Positions 37,651-50,530 of a stretch of 64,000 nucleotides of DNA are shown piece after piece. The notes beneath the pieces were generated by a model that saw nothing but the letters and a program-made list of their open reading frames with translations, did not search any database and was not told the DNA's origin. Numbering within the stretch: position 1 is the stretch's first letter; each line of letters starts with the position of its first letter. The stretch is from Macrostomum lignano (lineage: Eukaryota). Where the stretch lies: the NCBI GenBank assembly GCA_002269645.1, contig NIVC01001255.1, forward strand, positions 1-64,000, given 5' to 3'. A program made the position numbers and the translations under genes.

Positions 37651-40600
37651 CAAACCTTGAGCAGGCCGGATTGCTATTGTGAAGTTTCTGGTTTGAAGAG
37701 TAAAGGTTTGTTTATTTTATTGTACGTCTACTATTACTCACACTCAAGATCGCCTATTGCACCTGCCCCCCCTCCGCGCCTCACGCCACCTTTTCTCACT
37801 CCCTCCATTCTGATTGGTTATAACATACGAGTACATAGCAAGTCATGCGCACATACAACCCCCCCCCCCGTTAAAGCCTGTATCAACCCCGCCTTCTAGT
37901 AAATTGATAATAAATATACTAGCTCAAGACTAGACTGCGCTCCCCTTTGAATTTTGCTGTCTAGCTACAATTGCAAATGCGAGGTTAGCCGCCAAGTTTT
38001 GAGTGCTCGGTTCTTAGGATTCTCTTGTTAACAGTTTCAAAGCACCCGGGGGATAGAGGCTTCGAGGGCCGCATTTGGCCCGCGGGTCGGAATTCGGACT
38101 ATTTTATTTGGTTATTTTCTTTTTAGTAATATTGAATGAGGTACTAGCATCATTGTCCCCCCGTTCCATCATCTTATTCGCCGTGTTGATCATCATATAG
38201 AAACAAACTACTTTCTGTGAGTTTCTAAAAGCGATATCGTTAGATTCTCAATATAAAATTAACAAAGAATAAAACAAAGAAGTCAAGGCGAATTCTGGAA
38301 ACTCATCTTGTGATGCGATGCTACCATAAATTCGCCATATCATCAACCTGCTGCTCAGCGCCAACTCCCAGCGTTTAACAGCAGGACCATCTCAACCACC
38401 GCCTGGCAAAACGCGGTCAACTAAAAGCAACCCAGACCAGCCGCAGATTAACCAACGTGACGAGGTAGACGAACTGCTGATCTCGCGGCAGTTCACCTGT
38501 CCGACAGCGACTCGGAACCAAATTGCTGCCTCGATGTGGTCCGGCAAACAGAGCACAACTGTCTTCTGCAAGTTGATTATCAGAGCTATTATAGCTGTTT
38601 CTGGGTACCCTCGATGGTTAGAGGCAGCAGGGCGAGATCGTCGGCGCTTTACCGCAGTAGAAAGCCTTCGTCATTGGTTGGAAGAGCAGTCCACAGCACC
38701 CAGGCACCAAAACGAACAACTGAAACTCTCCTCTGCCAGCAATGACAGCTTCGGCGGCAGCGTCAGATTGTCTGGCAGCAGGAGTGGTGACGCATTCACC
38801 ACTGCGCTCGTCCCCAGCGTCGCTAATTACCAAGTTCAGCGGAACGCGTCGCTTTCGTCCCGTCAGAGTGGTGGCGGACAAGGCCACACGCCTCCTGGCC
38901 CAGCGGTAGAGACAGCTTGAATTGCGTCATCAGGGCCTCCCCGCCTCTCAGGTTGGTCGCCAGCTCAATCGGAACCTACCTAGCGCTTTCCTCTCTTGCT
39001 GAATGCCAAGAATGCCAAGTTCTCGCATCAACCGCACTGCCTGTTTGACACGTGTTCCGCGAACTTGGACACCGAGAGCAGCGGTGAAGCTGTTGGCAAA
39101 GTTGGCAAAGCAGATTGCGTAGACGAAAGTCAATGATTTTGGCCTCAAAACCAACGGTGTGGTGGAGCGGGGCTCACGAAAGCCGTCATTGAGCTTGTGT
39201 TTTTGCTTGAGCTCGAGCATCTCACAATGCGTTCGCATATTTTTCCTACGTCTATTCACATACTACTATGGCATAAAAAAACCTTCAATAGCCCTTTTCA
39301 ATTGAATGTAAACAGAATTTTTATTTTTAGACCTGCTGAGCTGTCAACCATACAATCGATGAATCAGTTTTCACATTTTTATAAATGATACAGACAGAAA
39401 AGACTTATTTTCAATTTCTCAACCTTTATTCTCAGATTTTGTGGATCTATGCTTGTACAGTAGAATTCCTCTTAAGCCCGCTATATCCTTGAAGCAGCGT
39501 TATAATGTCACTTGACCGAAAAGCGTGAATGGGGTGTTCGTTTTCATAGATAGGAGAGCTTTTTCAGGCCCCGAATCAAGGAGTCCTAGAACAAGAACCT
39601 GGAGCACGAGCTAACAACTCTTCCCGGAAAACCAACTTTTCAGACAACTGTAGACTGGACGCAGTTTTCCAGCTTTTACTAAAGTCATTCATAGCTTCGG
39701 TTTGTATGAACCGAATTTTTGTAAATTTGGTCTAATTTACTTGGTCTCATTGTCTTCTAATCTGAGTAAAAATTATCGTAATTTGTCTAGATGTAGTGTT
39801 GACGGAATTAAAAAATACTCAATATTTTACACTTTCTGAACTAAAAATGAAAATTGGAGCTTCAGAAAAGATTTTCTTTCCTTGACCGACTTTCAATTCA
39901 GTCTCAGAGCTGGTGCTGGTCGTTTGGCCAAAAATGAAACTGTAGTGGCTAATCACAAAAATCGGTTCTACCGTAGGTCTCCTGGCTAAGCACAAGCAAT
40001 CAAAAGGGAACAAAGAGCAAGCAGGGCTTTGCGGGACAGGCTCTTCCACCAACGCCTCGAGCGGCAGTGCTGTACAGTCCATCTCTCGGAAGACACTGCT
40101 ACATTTGAGGTAACTGCCGGAGCGAACTGTGACTGTTTGTTTCCTAGAAAACGAAGACGCTACATACTGCCCAGCCTTCACCAGGGCCACAACCACAAAT
40201 CGATAAAACGTGCCAACCCGAGAACATTCAGGTTCCTCCAGATCACGAGGCGAGCCTCCATCTTCCCAACCAAAGACACGCAGTAGGAACGATTGGCAGA
40301 CTTCCCTGATCTGCCTCTCCCCAAGTTATTATAACTTCAGACAGCGACAGCGGCAGGACCTCTTGCACTGGCTGTGGGCAGTACAACTCGGGACGAATAT
40401 TGTGGCCTGCCAGCTGGAGTCGCCTACAACTGTCCATAGCCTTATCAACCTCACCTACGCGCTCGTAATTCATATCATCCCCACTTTGACTTCTTTTTAA
40501 AGGTGAATGAGCTAACTAGCGTCCTTTCTTATTTTGAAAATCGGCCTTCGTCTTAGGTTTCCATGACGATAACTTAGTTTGGATGGGGCAGCTGCCGAGT

Positions 40601-41628
40601 TCATCAGTGCGCAAGGGAAGCTCTAGCAGTTCGCAGCACGATTATTCATCAGTATTTCTTCTCCTGTCCGGGTAGCTCCATCCGCAGCTGCTATGGGTTC
40701 AGTTAATGCAAGAAGCGATATCAAATTCAATTCAACTCCCTACAATGGAAGCTTTTTCCTTTCATAGTACGAATTTTGAGCCGAAAATTTTAATTTCAAA
40801 GAAAATTAATCCGAGAGCTGCTGGCTTGATGACGTGTGAATCTTAGACAATATCTTTGGTACATAGTGTACGCATTAAAAAATTTTCTGAACTGGGCAAC
40901 GATGAACCTTTGCCTAGGAAACTCTATTAGTGAAAGTTACAAAGTCTTTAACGAGTCAAGTACACTATGGCTAAGCAGTGAATTCGATGCCATGCATATT
41001 GCTTAAGGTTGTTTGCAATAAAGTACATCAAAGGCGAAAAAGTACTTTAACTGCGCGCTGGTTGTAAATTGTTGGCAATAAATATAGTGCTGCGAAATTT
41101 CCGTTGCTGAGAAAATACGTGTAGAAACACCGAAATATCGCATAGAGGCTCACAGGGTTTCTTGTCGACAGATCCTGAGTCATGAGACAGGAGAAGAAAT
41201 ACTCGATGTTATTTAGCTCTGGTAGATCTTATCTCCAGCTCTTGCATAAGCGTCACAAGAGTCGTCAATCATGAGAGAGAGGAATTATTCATAATTCATA
41301 AACTGTAAAAATTCACATAAAATAAACCTTTTTTCTTTGACTAACTGACAGGTTACGCACAAGGCATAATCGAGACTCACTTTCAGTTTCAGTGCCTCTG
41401 CTCCCAACTCATCTTAGCTAATTGCTCAGTAATATGGCGCTGATTGGCTGATAGCTCGGCTCGAATCGTGGCCACTCACTATTTATTATCCACTCTTGCT
41501 CAGAGGGAGAAGCAATAGTCGATGCTATTTATCTAGCTCCTGCAACCTTATCTCCATCTCTTGCGCTGAATTGCAATTACGAGTACAAAAAGCCTAAGCA
41601 AGGAAATTGTATCAAGAAAGCAGAAGTC

Positions 41629-42723
41629 ATGTCAAGCAACCTCTCAAATCGAAGCAACGTCAGCCGCCTTGGCGACCTGGGTCTCGCAGAACCCGACGCT
41701 GGCGGCCTGGCATCTGCGGGACTGTCTCTGACGTGCTCTGGAGTTGCTCTGCTGCTGAACAGCTTGCTAATGCTGGCTCTGGTTCGGGGCAAAGTTCAAG
41801 AACGATGCAGCGGCATGGTCGTGCTCACCGGGACTGAGCTGTTGCTCAACCTGCTTCTGCCCGTATTCCTGCTCAGCCAGATGCTCATGCCGCTAAACTC
41901 TGAGATTGACACACTTGGCGTCGGCGTGCATGCCTCCCAGGCTGTCCGCAACTGGTGGATGCTGGTCCTCACCGCCTACAGAGCTGTCATCACCACCAGG
42001 CCGCTGCTGGCTGGTCAGCCATGCCGCCAGTTCCCCGTCCGCTATCAGGCCTGCCTACTGCTGGCCATTCTGTGCCTCTGCGGCGGGGAACTTCTCGTCG
42101 CCAGAGTCTGGAGCTTCACGGAAGAATCCGGGATGGCCGAGAACGCCACCGCCAGCGACAAGCTTGAGGCCACAATGCAGACAATTCGAGTGTACTTGTG
42201 CAAGAATCTCAATTACGCTGTACTTGGCACCCTGTTTCCGGGCTTCTGTGTCCTCTGTCTGGCCTGCAAAATCTCTCAGCACATTCGAACTCGCTACTCG
42301 AACCACCGCGCCTCTCGTCGGGCCGCTCGCACCATCCTGCTGCTCTCTGTCGGCTTCGTGTTGCTTGAGTTTCCCTACGCACTGCTGAACTCGGCAGCCA
42401 CCATCTACCTGTTGAAGCGGCTGACTCAACTACCGCTTAATGAGGCCGACTTCCGCACTTTGGGCCAGCTTGAAAATCTGCTCGGCTGGGGCATGGCAGT
42501 TGTTCCCATCAACTCCTGCTTGAATTTCGTCATTCTGCTTCGCTACAGTCGCTCCTTTCGTCAGCTGCTGCACCGGGGTGGCCACCATCAAAACCAACAA
42601 CAGCAGCAGCGGCAGCGGCAGCGGCGGCAGCAGCAGCGGCAGCAGCAGCAGCGGCAGCAATGGCAGCAAAGAAGACAGCATCTTCCGCGACAGCAGGTCG
42701 TGGTGATGCTTGAACGGTCGTGA
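41629..42723 (+). CDS. Intronless orphan rhodopsin-class GPCR with poly-Gln/Arg tail
   Basis: Seven hydrophobic segments; TM3 LTAYRAVITTRPL (R3.50 kept), TM5 LFP, TM6 FVLLEFP, TM7 INSCLNFVIL, helix-8 SRSFRQLL; CAG/CGG-repeat C-terminus. Confidence 0.88.
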   Translation: MSSNLSNRSNVSRLGDLGLAEPDAGGLASAGLSLTCSGVALLLNSLLMLALVRGKVQERCSGMVVLTGTELLLNLLLPVFLLSQMLMPLNSEIDTLGVGVHASQAVRNWWMLVLTAYRAVITTRPLLAGQPCRQFPVRYQACLLLAILCLCGGELLVARVWSFTEESGMAENATASDKLEATMQTIRVYLCKNLNYAVLGTLFPGFCVLCLACKISQHIRTRYSNHRASRRAARTILLLSVGFVLLEFPYALLNSAATIYLLKRLTQLPLNEADFRTLGQLENLLGWGMAVVPINSCLNFVILLRYSRSFRQLLHRGGHHQNQQQQQRQRQRRQQQRQQQQRQQWQQRRQHLPRQQVVVMLERS

Positions 42724-43661
42724 TTAAACATTCGCATACAATGCACTATACTATATGATGTCCTATTCCCTTGTTTTAGTGAGGCGCCAGACTATTTTTA
42801 ACTCGTGTTCACTAACATTCTTGATCCACGCCAACATCTTGATGAATATCAAAAATCAGTTTTGGCAAATATATAACGACAACATTACAATACGAGCGAA
42901 TATGCCAATTTTCTGAGACGTTGATTTTACTACTCAAGTCTTTCTACTTTGATGTTTACTCTATCGGTCGCTCAAGGTTTTCACAACTAAGCTCATTTAA
43001 GCAAAGCTTGACTGAGAGGCCAATTAATGGTGCCGGCACGGCAGAACGGAAATTCGAGAACTAAGGGTGGATTTGAGGAAGGCGGCAGTCCAGTTTTCAA
43101 CCCCCGCATTCACTCTCTCCCGAAGCACGTGCAGCTGCCCACGCAGTATAGTTATAAATAGAAATTGAAATTAAATTGATAATACGAGCTACGAGCGTAG
43201 ATACGAGCTAAGGCATGGTATGTTCGATTCAGAAAAAAACCTCTGGTCAGTAAGAAAAAAGCAGAGGATATCGAGCGCAATAACATTTTAGCTCTATTAC
43301 TGAAGGTAATTTGATGCATTAAACCCAAATTAATCAGGCTGATGACAATATTGAAAAATGTCCGTCATAGATCTTTCTGAATGTTTTTGATGTTTATTGG
43401 TAAGCTGTGCGAATGCATGACTTTTATTTAATCAACTTTGCCTGTTCGCCTTGCCTATGTCCCTAGTGTTAAGCTCGCGGAGATTATTGGTAGCGTTAAC
43501 TCCGCTACCATAGACAATACAGGGAGCGGAGATTTAAATCTCCGCCGGAGATTAACTCGTGCTAAATATAGATTGCCTCGAGGCTTACAGGCTGTTGATT
43601 AAATTAAAATGTGTAATAAATACAATGTGTAATAAACCACTGAAACGAGGAGATACTCTAT

Positions 43662-43854
43662 GGGCCGTATGCAGAAAGCCTAGTCCAGACTAGCTAGTCC
43701 GGACTTGGGTAGTTCAGTCTATAGTCTATGGTCTAGCTACCCTAGTTCTGCTATAGTAGACTGGTCTAACTTTGTGTTTCTGCATACAAAATCCAAGTCC
43801 AGACTAGCTTTTCAAGACCGGACTACCCTAGACAGAGCTTTCTGCATACGGCCC
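43662..43854. mobile_element. MITE, PIF/Harbinger-like
   Basis: Perfect 18-bp TIR GGGCCGTATGCAGAAAGC; 3-bp TAT on both flanks (43659-43661, 43855-43857). Confidence 0.82.
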
Positions 43855-43918
43855 TATGCAGAATCTCCGAGGCGAAGCGTATTTCCGAGGCGTATTTCAG
43901 TGGTGTAATAATTCAGTA

Positions 43919-44653
43919 GCTTTTTGCAGTCCATTTGGGCTAACGTTTACATTGAATTTAATCTTAGATACGTTTACCAATGTAACGGAGCTTTTGTCTA
44001 TGGTAGCAAGGCTGGCACAGCGGCATTTGATTTGGTCCAACAAGCATCAATTTGGTCCATAGCTTCATTCACAACTACTGCAGAGGAGCAGATCAGCCAC
44101 AGAATTGTGGACAATATGCTAGGCTGTCGAACGAATGCCATTGCCTTGCGATCGAAGCGCTCGACAGAGGTGAACACCCAAAGGACATTGCAAGGTTGCT
44201 GAATGTAAAAGAAAAGATGCTTTACAGCATCCATCAGTGCGTTGAAACCCTGCCGGCAATCGCCAAAGCAAGTTGCTAGAGCCTCAGGTCCAGCTGCTAC
44301 TCGATGCAGTTGAGAAACCCTTTTTTGACGTTGCAGAAAATGCCGCAGAAGTTGAAGGAACAGCTCCAGTTTGTTATCAGATTTCAGATTATCAGATCAG
44401 CAGAGCTCTGGAAAAGCGACTGAAAATTGGTGGTAGACACGCTGACGTTCCAGCAGTACGCAAAAACCCACAGACGGTTGCGAGAGGGCAGGAGTTTGTC
44501 CAATGGCTCACGAGCGTTTGAACCAAATTGATGCTTGTTGGACCAAATTAAATGCCGCTGTGCCACCCTTGCTACCATAGACAAAAGCTCCGTTACATAG
44601 GAATATCTTGGATTTAATTCAATGTGCGTAGGTCCAAATGGGCTGCAATAAGC
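43919..44653 (+). mobile_element. Internally deleted Tc1/mariner-IS630-like element with remnant HTH DNA-binding region
   Basis: About 135-bp imperfect TIRs, TA on both flanks; remnant RLSNECHCLAIEALDRGEHPKDIARLLNVKEKMLYSI (HTH-like) and QISRALEKRLK..RKNPQTVARGQEFVQW; no DDE domain. Confidence 0.78.
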
Positions 44654-45844
44654 TATTATACGAGTAATTGTATTATAATATTTTCGCGACTTTCCTAGTC
44701 ATTTTTTAGTTCACCTTCACTTGTCTCTGTTTACTCTGTTTTCTCTCTCTCTGTCTAGCTCAATCTTGCTATTCTTACCTCTCTCTCCCTTGCTGCCTTC
44801 TGATTGGCTCGATCCTTTCTCGCCTCTCTCTTTAGTCGCGCACTCCACCCCTCCTTTTATTATACTGGAGTCAACCCCCCTCTAAGTTAGTCATATAAAT
44901 ATACTGGTTTGGGCCCTGCGCCCACTTACTGCTCCTTACTGCTCTTCTATCTCTGCAATTAAAATATAGTTTTGTTTATACTATTATTTTCTCTACAAAT
45001 ATAAATAATAAGCTTAAAAATTGATCACAATACTTCAAGTATTTTTACTTGGTAAGAATTTAATTGCTTTTAAAAGTGCATTTTGTCTGCCTCGATTGGC
45101 GGAACTGGGTATTTTTTGCTGCGATGGAAGCAGTAAGGAAAGAGGGGTAGAGGCAGGGAGTGGGCAGGGCGGGGCGCAGGGTGGGGGAGCCGACATCGAT
45201 TCTGATCGGACATTCATCTGATCTCCAAATTAAACCTATTGTAAGTTGAATAGTAGTATTGGTAATTGGAAACTGAATTTTACTTTTCTCTATCCGTAAC
45301 GTATTTTTTACTTTACCTTATCAATTTATTTTTTGTTTAAAAGAATCGATAAATTCGAGTCATTTTCGCATTTAAAAAAACTTATAAAAGTCCGCGTCAT
45401 TTTCAATTTTAGTTCGGGCTTGCGGTTTGGGGTTGAAAATCTAGAATCGAAAAACAATTTTTTGAATAGCAAAAACAAATGCGGATAGCAAGTTTTGTTG
45501 TTTTATTAATGGCCTTTCAACATATCAATTACAAAGATTCCGGGATTTTTTTCGATTCTCCTGTTAATAATGTTCAGCTTTTCCGCTTTGTCAAGGCTTT
45601 TCAATCACTTTAGACAAAGGAAATTGTTTTTTAGCCAATTTCTGGTACTCAGTCAAATAGAGGTCGTCACTGAGTTTATTAGTACAAGGGGATTGGGATT
45701 GCTGTCGGAGCCTTTCTGAATAAGTCAAAAGGGAATAAATTTGTCAAAAATCGCGAGTGAAAAGGAATAGACCGTCCAGAAATGTAAATTCTCCTGAAGC
45801 AACAAATGAAAAAGAATGTGAGACACACCTAATAACCAAGAAGA

Positions 45845-46050
45845 GGCGAGAGCGACGCAAAGAGAAGAGAGAGTGACGCGGAAAGGAGAGTGACGCGGAA
45901 AGGAGAGTGACGCGGAAAGGAGAGTGACGCGGAAAAGAGAGTGACGCGGAAAGGAGAGTGACGCGGAAAGGAGAGTGACGCGAAAAGGAGAGTGACGCGG
46001 AAAGGAGAGTGACGCAAGGAGTGACGCGGAAAGAGAAAGTGACAAAAGGA
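45845..46050. repeat. 17-bp minisatellite (GAGAGTGACGCGGAAAG)n
   Basis: About 10 tandem copies. Confidence 0.92.
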
Positions 46051-46709
46051 AAAGAGAACCCATAGAAATTTTTTCAAATACAGCATGACAGAAGCAGAGG
46101 AAGAAGCACAGCTTAAATTGCTCAGTGGTTTATCACAATCGTACCGGGTCCAAGCCCTGCATACGCAAACAGCATGCGACGATACCTTGTAAATTTTTAT
46201 TTTATCTTCGGCAAAAATCCAATGCAATCGAAAGCTGGGCAAAAATATTTTGCAAAGTTTTATAATAAGATTAGCTATACATACAGAACAACATACAGTA
46301 TCATATTGTGCCAGAACTTGCGAGCATATGAAGACTTTGCTGGTTATTAACCGACTAAAATCTGTTTACGAGTAAAAAAATCGCTTTGACTTTCAGAGCT
46401 TCTAAAAGTACAAAAATTACGTCGCAAACAACTAGTGCACTTCTTTGTAGAATAACATTTTGTCAGCAGCTTTTATTAATGCGAATCGTTAATCATTTCT
46501 AAAAAATAGGTGCTGTGAGTCTGCATTGAGCGGTTGGATAATGAAAGTAATTATCAATCAGTTGAGCCAGACTCATTTACTCGTAATTAAAAGGAAAATG
46601 TTTTTGTACAAGTGTAGGAAGACAAACTTAATTGAAATACGCGATGCTAGACAAAAGGGTCAATTAGCCATAAAAATGAAATAAAAATATGTTTAAAATT
46701 GACACTTAT

Positions 46710-47463
46710 TCAGGCATCCCTCGCATCCTCCTGCCGCTGGCACGACTGCTTCTGCTGCTCGATGTCTTGCTTGTCTTGCTGAACATCTGGCAGTTGTTGT
46801 TGTACTGGCGGCTGCTGCTGCTGCTGCTTCTCTTTATCGCACTTTTGGGATTGCGGAGGCAGCGGCGGCCCAACCTGAACGAAGTACGATGACAAACACG
46901 GAGTCCGTCGTCGATTACTTTGCACCGCCGCTGGAATGTCAGCGTCAGAGCCGAACCGGACCTCCACTGTCTTCCAAAACCGCGGCCGGAAGCCTCGTTT
47001 CGCAACAGAGACCGCGTTGTCGATGCAGCCGCCGACGTCTCCTGCTGAAGCGACTCGACGAAGCGGCATTGGCGATGACTTGACGACAACCTCTTCAGTG
47101 CGCTCGGTGGTGACCGCGACCGACTCCTCCTCGGTGCCAAAGCTATTGTCAGAGTCGCAGTCGCAACAGCTGTTGTCAGATAAAGCAGACGCGTCGGATA
47201 ACAAACAGGCCGTGTTGTCTGCGGAGCGAGACAGCATCTCGCCGGGACCGCTGTGCTGGGACGACATTGTGGCCGCTTCGTCCTCAGCAGGTCGAGCCGA
47301 CCGTGGCGACACCCAGAGCCAGAGCGAGCTGCTTCGCTCATTGTCGTCTTCGGCGCTGGAATAGTCAGAGACTTCGGCGTCCTCTTCTTCCTCCTCGGTT
47401 TCCAGGTTGCAAAGGATGAATTTGGTCGATTGTTGCTGAGCTGGAGAGCTCGAAGCTGATCGG
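46710..47463 (-). CDS. Probable last coding exon of the large disordered minus-strand gene
   Basis: ORF 46710-47477; acceptor TTTAACAG|C at 47463 is phase 2, compatible with the donor at 50531; acidic/Ser/Gln-rich. Confidence 0.6.
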
Positions 47464-50229
47464 CTGTTAAATGGCAAGCAAGGTTTGTCGGATATTTTAT
47501 CTATTTTGTTGTAGCTGGGGGAGAATTAGTTCGAAAAGGAGAATAGACAAGAGGGCCTAGACTCGATTCTTGACCCTAAGGTCAGATTATTTTGATTGGT
47601 TTCCGGCTGGTGCAGCTTGCTTTCGATTTTGCAAAGAACGTATCAGTCATCTGATCAGTCCTGATGCAATCATGCAATCGGATGATCATGCAATTTAAGA
47701 GTCAAAGCCATAATAATAAAGGTCTCTGTATGCACGAACCAAGGACCGTAGACCCTGAATACGTTCGTCTGAGTTCTTTCCAATAGTTGGAAGATCAAAT
47801 GGTTAGAAAGTATTAATAAGCGAAGTCGGGATAAAAAAAAATTTGGCTTTTTATCTTAAAGAAATCCTTGGAAAATCATGCAAAAGATGTTTACCTGGCA
47901 ACCAAAGCTACGAGCTAGTTCTGCAACCGTGTGCTCCTCCTCGACAGTGGACTCGTCGAGCAACCAAGCACAGCAGTTCAGCATGCAAGCGATGGCGATA
48001 TGATGCAGGTTGAAAGATACTGTTTGTACAAAGAATAAAGAATTGAAAAAAGCAAAATGATGCACGCAAAAGGTAGGAAACAGGTGAATTAAGATAGATC
48101 AGGATCCAGATGGATCAGACAGTGACTCAGATGATCATTACAGAATCACAACTGGACCAGACTCCGACTCGCCAGGCTCCAAATACGGCCCGCTGAAAGA
48201 CGGGAACGATGAAATCGCATATTAGCGCTACGGTATTCGACATTCGAGGTAATTCGAGGTATTCGACAAAAAAACTCGACACAGCAAATGCAGTTCAAAG
48301 GTCAGATAATTTTGTCGTGACCGAAAAGGGTAAACAAACAAACAAGTCACATGCTAGGAGGTGGGTGGCTTTATGGTTTGGCCAGAGAGACCTTAATCTT
48401 GTAGACTCTAAGACGCCGTTTAATCAGACTAAGAGTTAATTAATTTGACTTTGACGCGAAGATGTCCAGAAGGGTGTAGTTAAGGTTATTTTGTGCACAG
48501 GTTTCCCGAATCAACTATATACTCGTAGAAGTCTCTAAGCACACAAAAAGATTTTTTGTACTACACCTGGATAAGCTTTTAATTCCAAGTACGCTCGTAT
48601 TTTGTTGTTTGTTGTGCCCAGTAATCGTTTGATATCTAGATAGTATTTAATTCAATTGACCTTAAAATTTAAGTTCTCAGTGTTAAGGAGCGAGGAAGCA
48701 TCCCTTCCCTCTCTGCAAGGTCAGCAAGTGAGTGGCCGGCCGTCAAAGTCAGTCTATGTTTCATTTCTCGGGACTTCCTCGGGGTGCACAGTTGCAAAAG
48801 CCCCAAGCTGACTTACCTGCTTGGCACAGCCTGCAGAGCGGTGCGACTCTCTAAAATAAAAAGATTGCGTGGGGTGGTCAAAGTCGCAATACTGTTTGAA
48901 GACTTGCAAATCCAAAGTACCCCCCCCGCACTGGGGAGGCGTGAGGCTTCCTAAATTTCATCTCAAATTAGGGCAGTAACTTCTAGCGCTCTATTTAATT
49001 TAGACTTAAATCTCCATTAGAGTCACTGCAGATAATAAGGAGTTCTTTCTATAGAGCAGTTTCTATAGAGCAGTTAAAATGAGTTAACTGAACTAATGCT
49101 GCAAGGAATCTACACAAATATTCAGAAGTGTCTTCGTTGATGAAAATTTTCCGATTTTGGATAAAATCTGACGTTCGCATGTTAAACAAAACATGCTTAG
49201 ATTCTATTCGACCATGAGCACGCAGCTTCCCGAGCTAGCAATAACTTTAGAAGGTTGCTCGTAGCTTAAAAAGGGATTACCGGTACAAGCAGTCCTTTCT
49301 AGAAGCAAGCAACGCCGAAACAGCAGACAAAAAGAATTCTAGAGAACAGCCTGCTGAGCTATGAGGCTGAGAATTACGTACTAAGTGAAGGAGAAAAGCA
49401 TTCGAGCCGGGAAGGAAAAAGGCAGAAGAGTTTTGCATGACCGAATGCCCGATGCGAACTTGGAAAAGTGCAGCTTTCAAAGTCTGTATAAGTGGCTTCG
49501 TTAAGTTCGGATATTTCAAATCCGGAAGCTTAGCTCGACAAGGCAACTTCATTTCTAATCCGTCATTATATTAGACGTTTTTTAGACCCTGTCCTAACTT
49601 ACTTTGACTTAGCTGCAGGGGGCTCCGTGCGTCGGGAAACAGCGAGGAGGCGTTGCCGCCCATTTCGCTAACCCCTGGCCTAAAGGCATACGTATGGAAC
49701 GCGGTTACTTCAGAAGGAAATTAATGGACACAAGGTGAGATGCAGAGAAGACGATAAATCGAATAACTGATTCAGAATGCAAACCGAACTCAAAAACAGT
49801 TGCACAAATACGTCATTTACCTCGGTTCTAACTAAATAACAACCAATGAACGTAACGTACAAGCCCTGAAGCCTAAAATTAGTGAGACAAAGCTACGAAA
49901 AAAACTGACCGCTTGATGTTGGCGCCGCATTAACGGACCAGCCGATCTGATGCTGGCTATGGTGCAGCGACTCTGCAGGGCCGCCGTACCTTCTCTGCGA
50001 ATCGAGCCGATGCCGCCTGGCCTGATCGTCCAACTCTTTGTCTGGGAAGGCGCCCCGGTGCTGCACAAAGTAGGCCGCCCTCTGCTGGCCCTGGCCGGCC
50101 TGCGGCCTGTCGATGGCGGTGAAGTTCAGAGGGCCAGGTTGCTGCATCTTGTTGGCTCAGAAATAGCAAAGTTAAATCGAAAATTTGTGTCATCTCCTTC
50201 TAATTTTTTTGGATATGTGCGCATCCCTA

Positions 50230-50367
50230 ACAACAATATATGGCGCCCCTGGTGCTGGCGCCCCTGGTGCTGGCGCCCCTGGTGCTGGCGCCCCTGGTGC
50301 TGGCGCCCCTGGTGCTGGCGCCCCTGGTGCTGGCGCCCCTGGTGCTGGCGCCCCTGGTGCTGGCGCG
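50230..50367. repeat. 15-bp minisatellite (GGCGCCCCTGGTGCT)n, intronic
   Basis: About 9 perfect copies; adjacent AAAAATCCTGGCTAC resembles a hAT-MITE end. Confidence 0.92.
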
Positions 50368-50530
50368 CCATCTCCCGACTGCAATGAAAAATCCTGGCTA
50401 CACAATCTACTGAGTACCGCGCACATTCTACAACCTACGGGATAGCTGAATTTTTTAGAAGGCAACATACGAGCGTAAAACTTGAATTTACGGTAAAAAG
50501 CATCTCAGAACTGTACTACACTGGCTGTAC

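Noticed and set aside
38066-38086. GGGCCGCATTTGGCCCGCGGG, a motif typical of hAT MITE ends
   Set aside because: No partner terminus or TSD found
48185-48198. 14-bp match ACGGCCCGCTGAAA to the duplication near 29315
   Set aside because: Matches of this length are expected by chance in a 64-kb self-comparison
50126-50468. ORFs with GAPGA / RQHQG / WRPWC repeats, collagen- or elastin-like at first sight
   Set aside because: All derive from the intronic 15-bp minisatellite read in different frames
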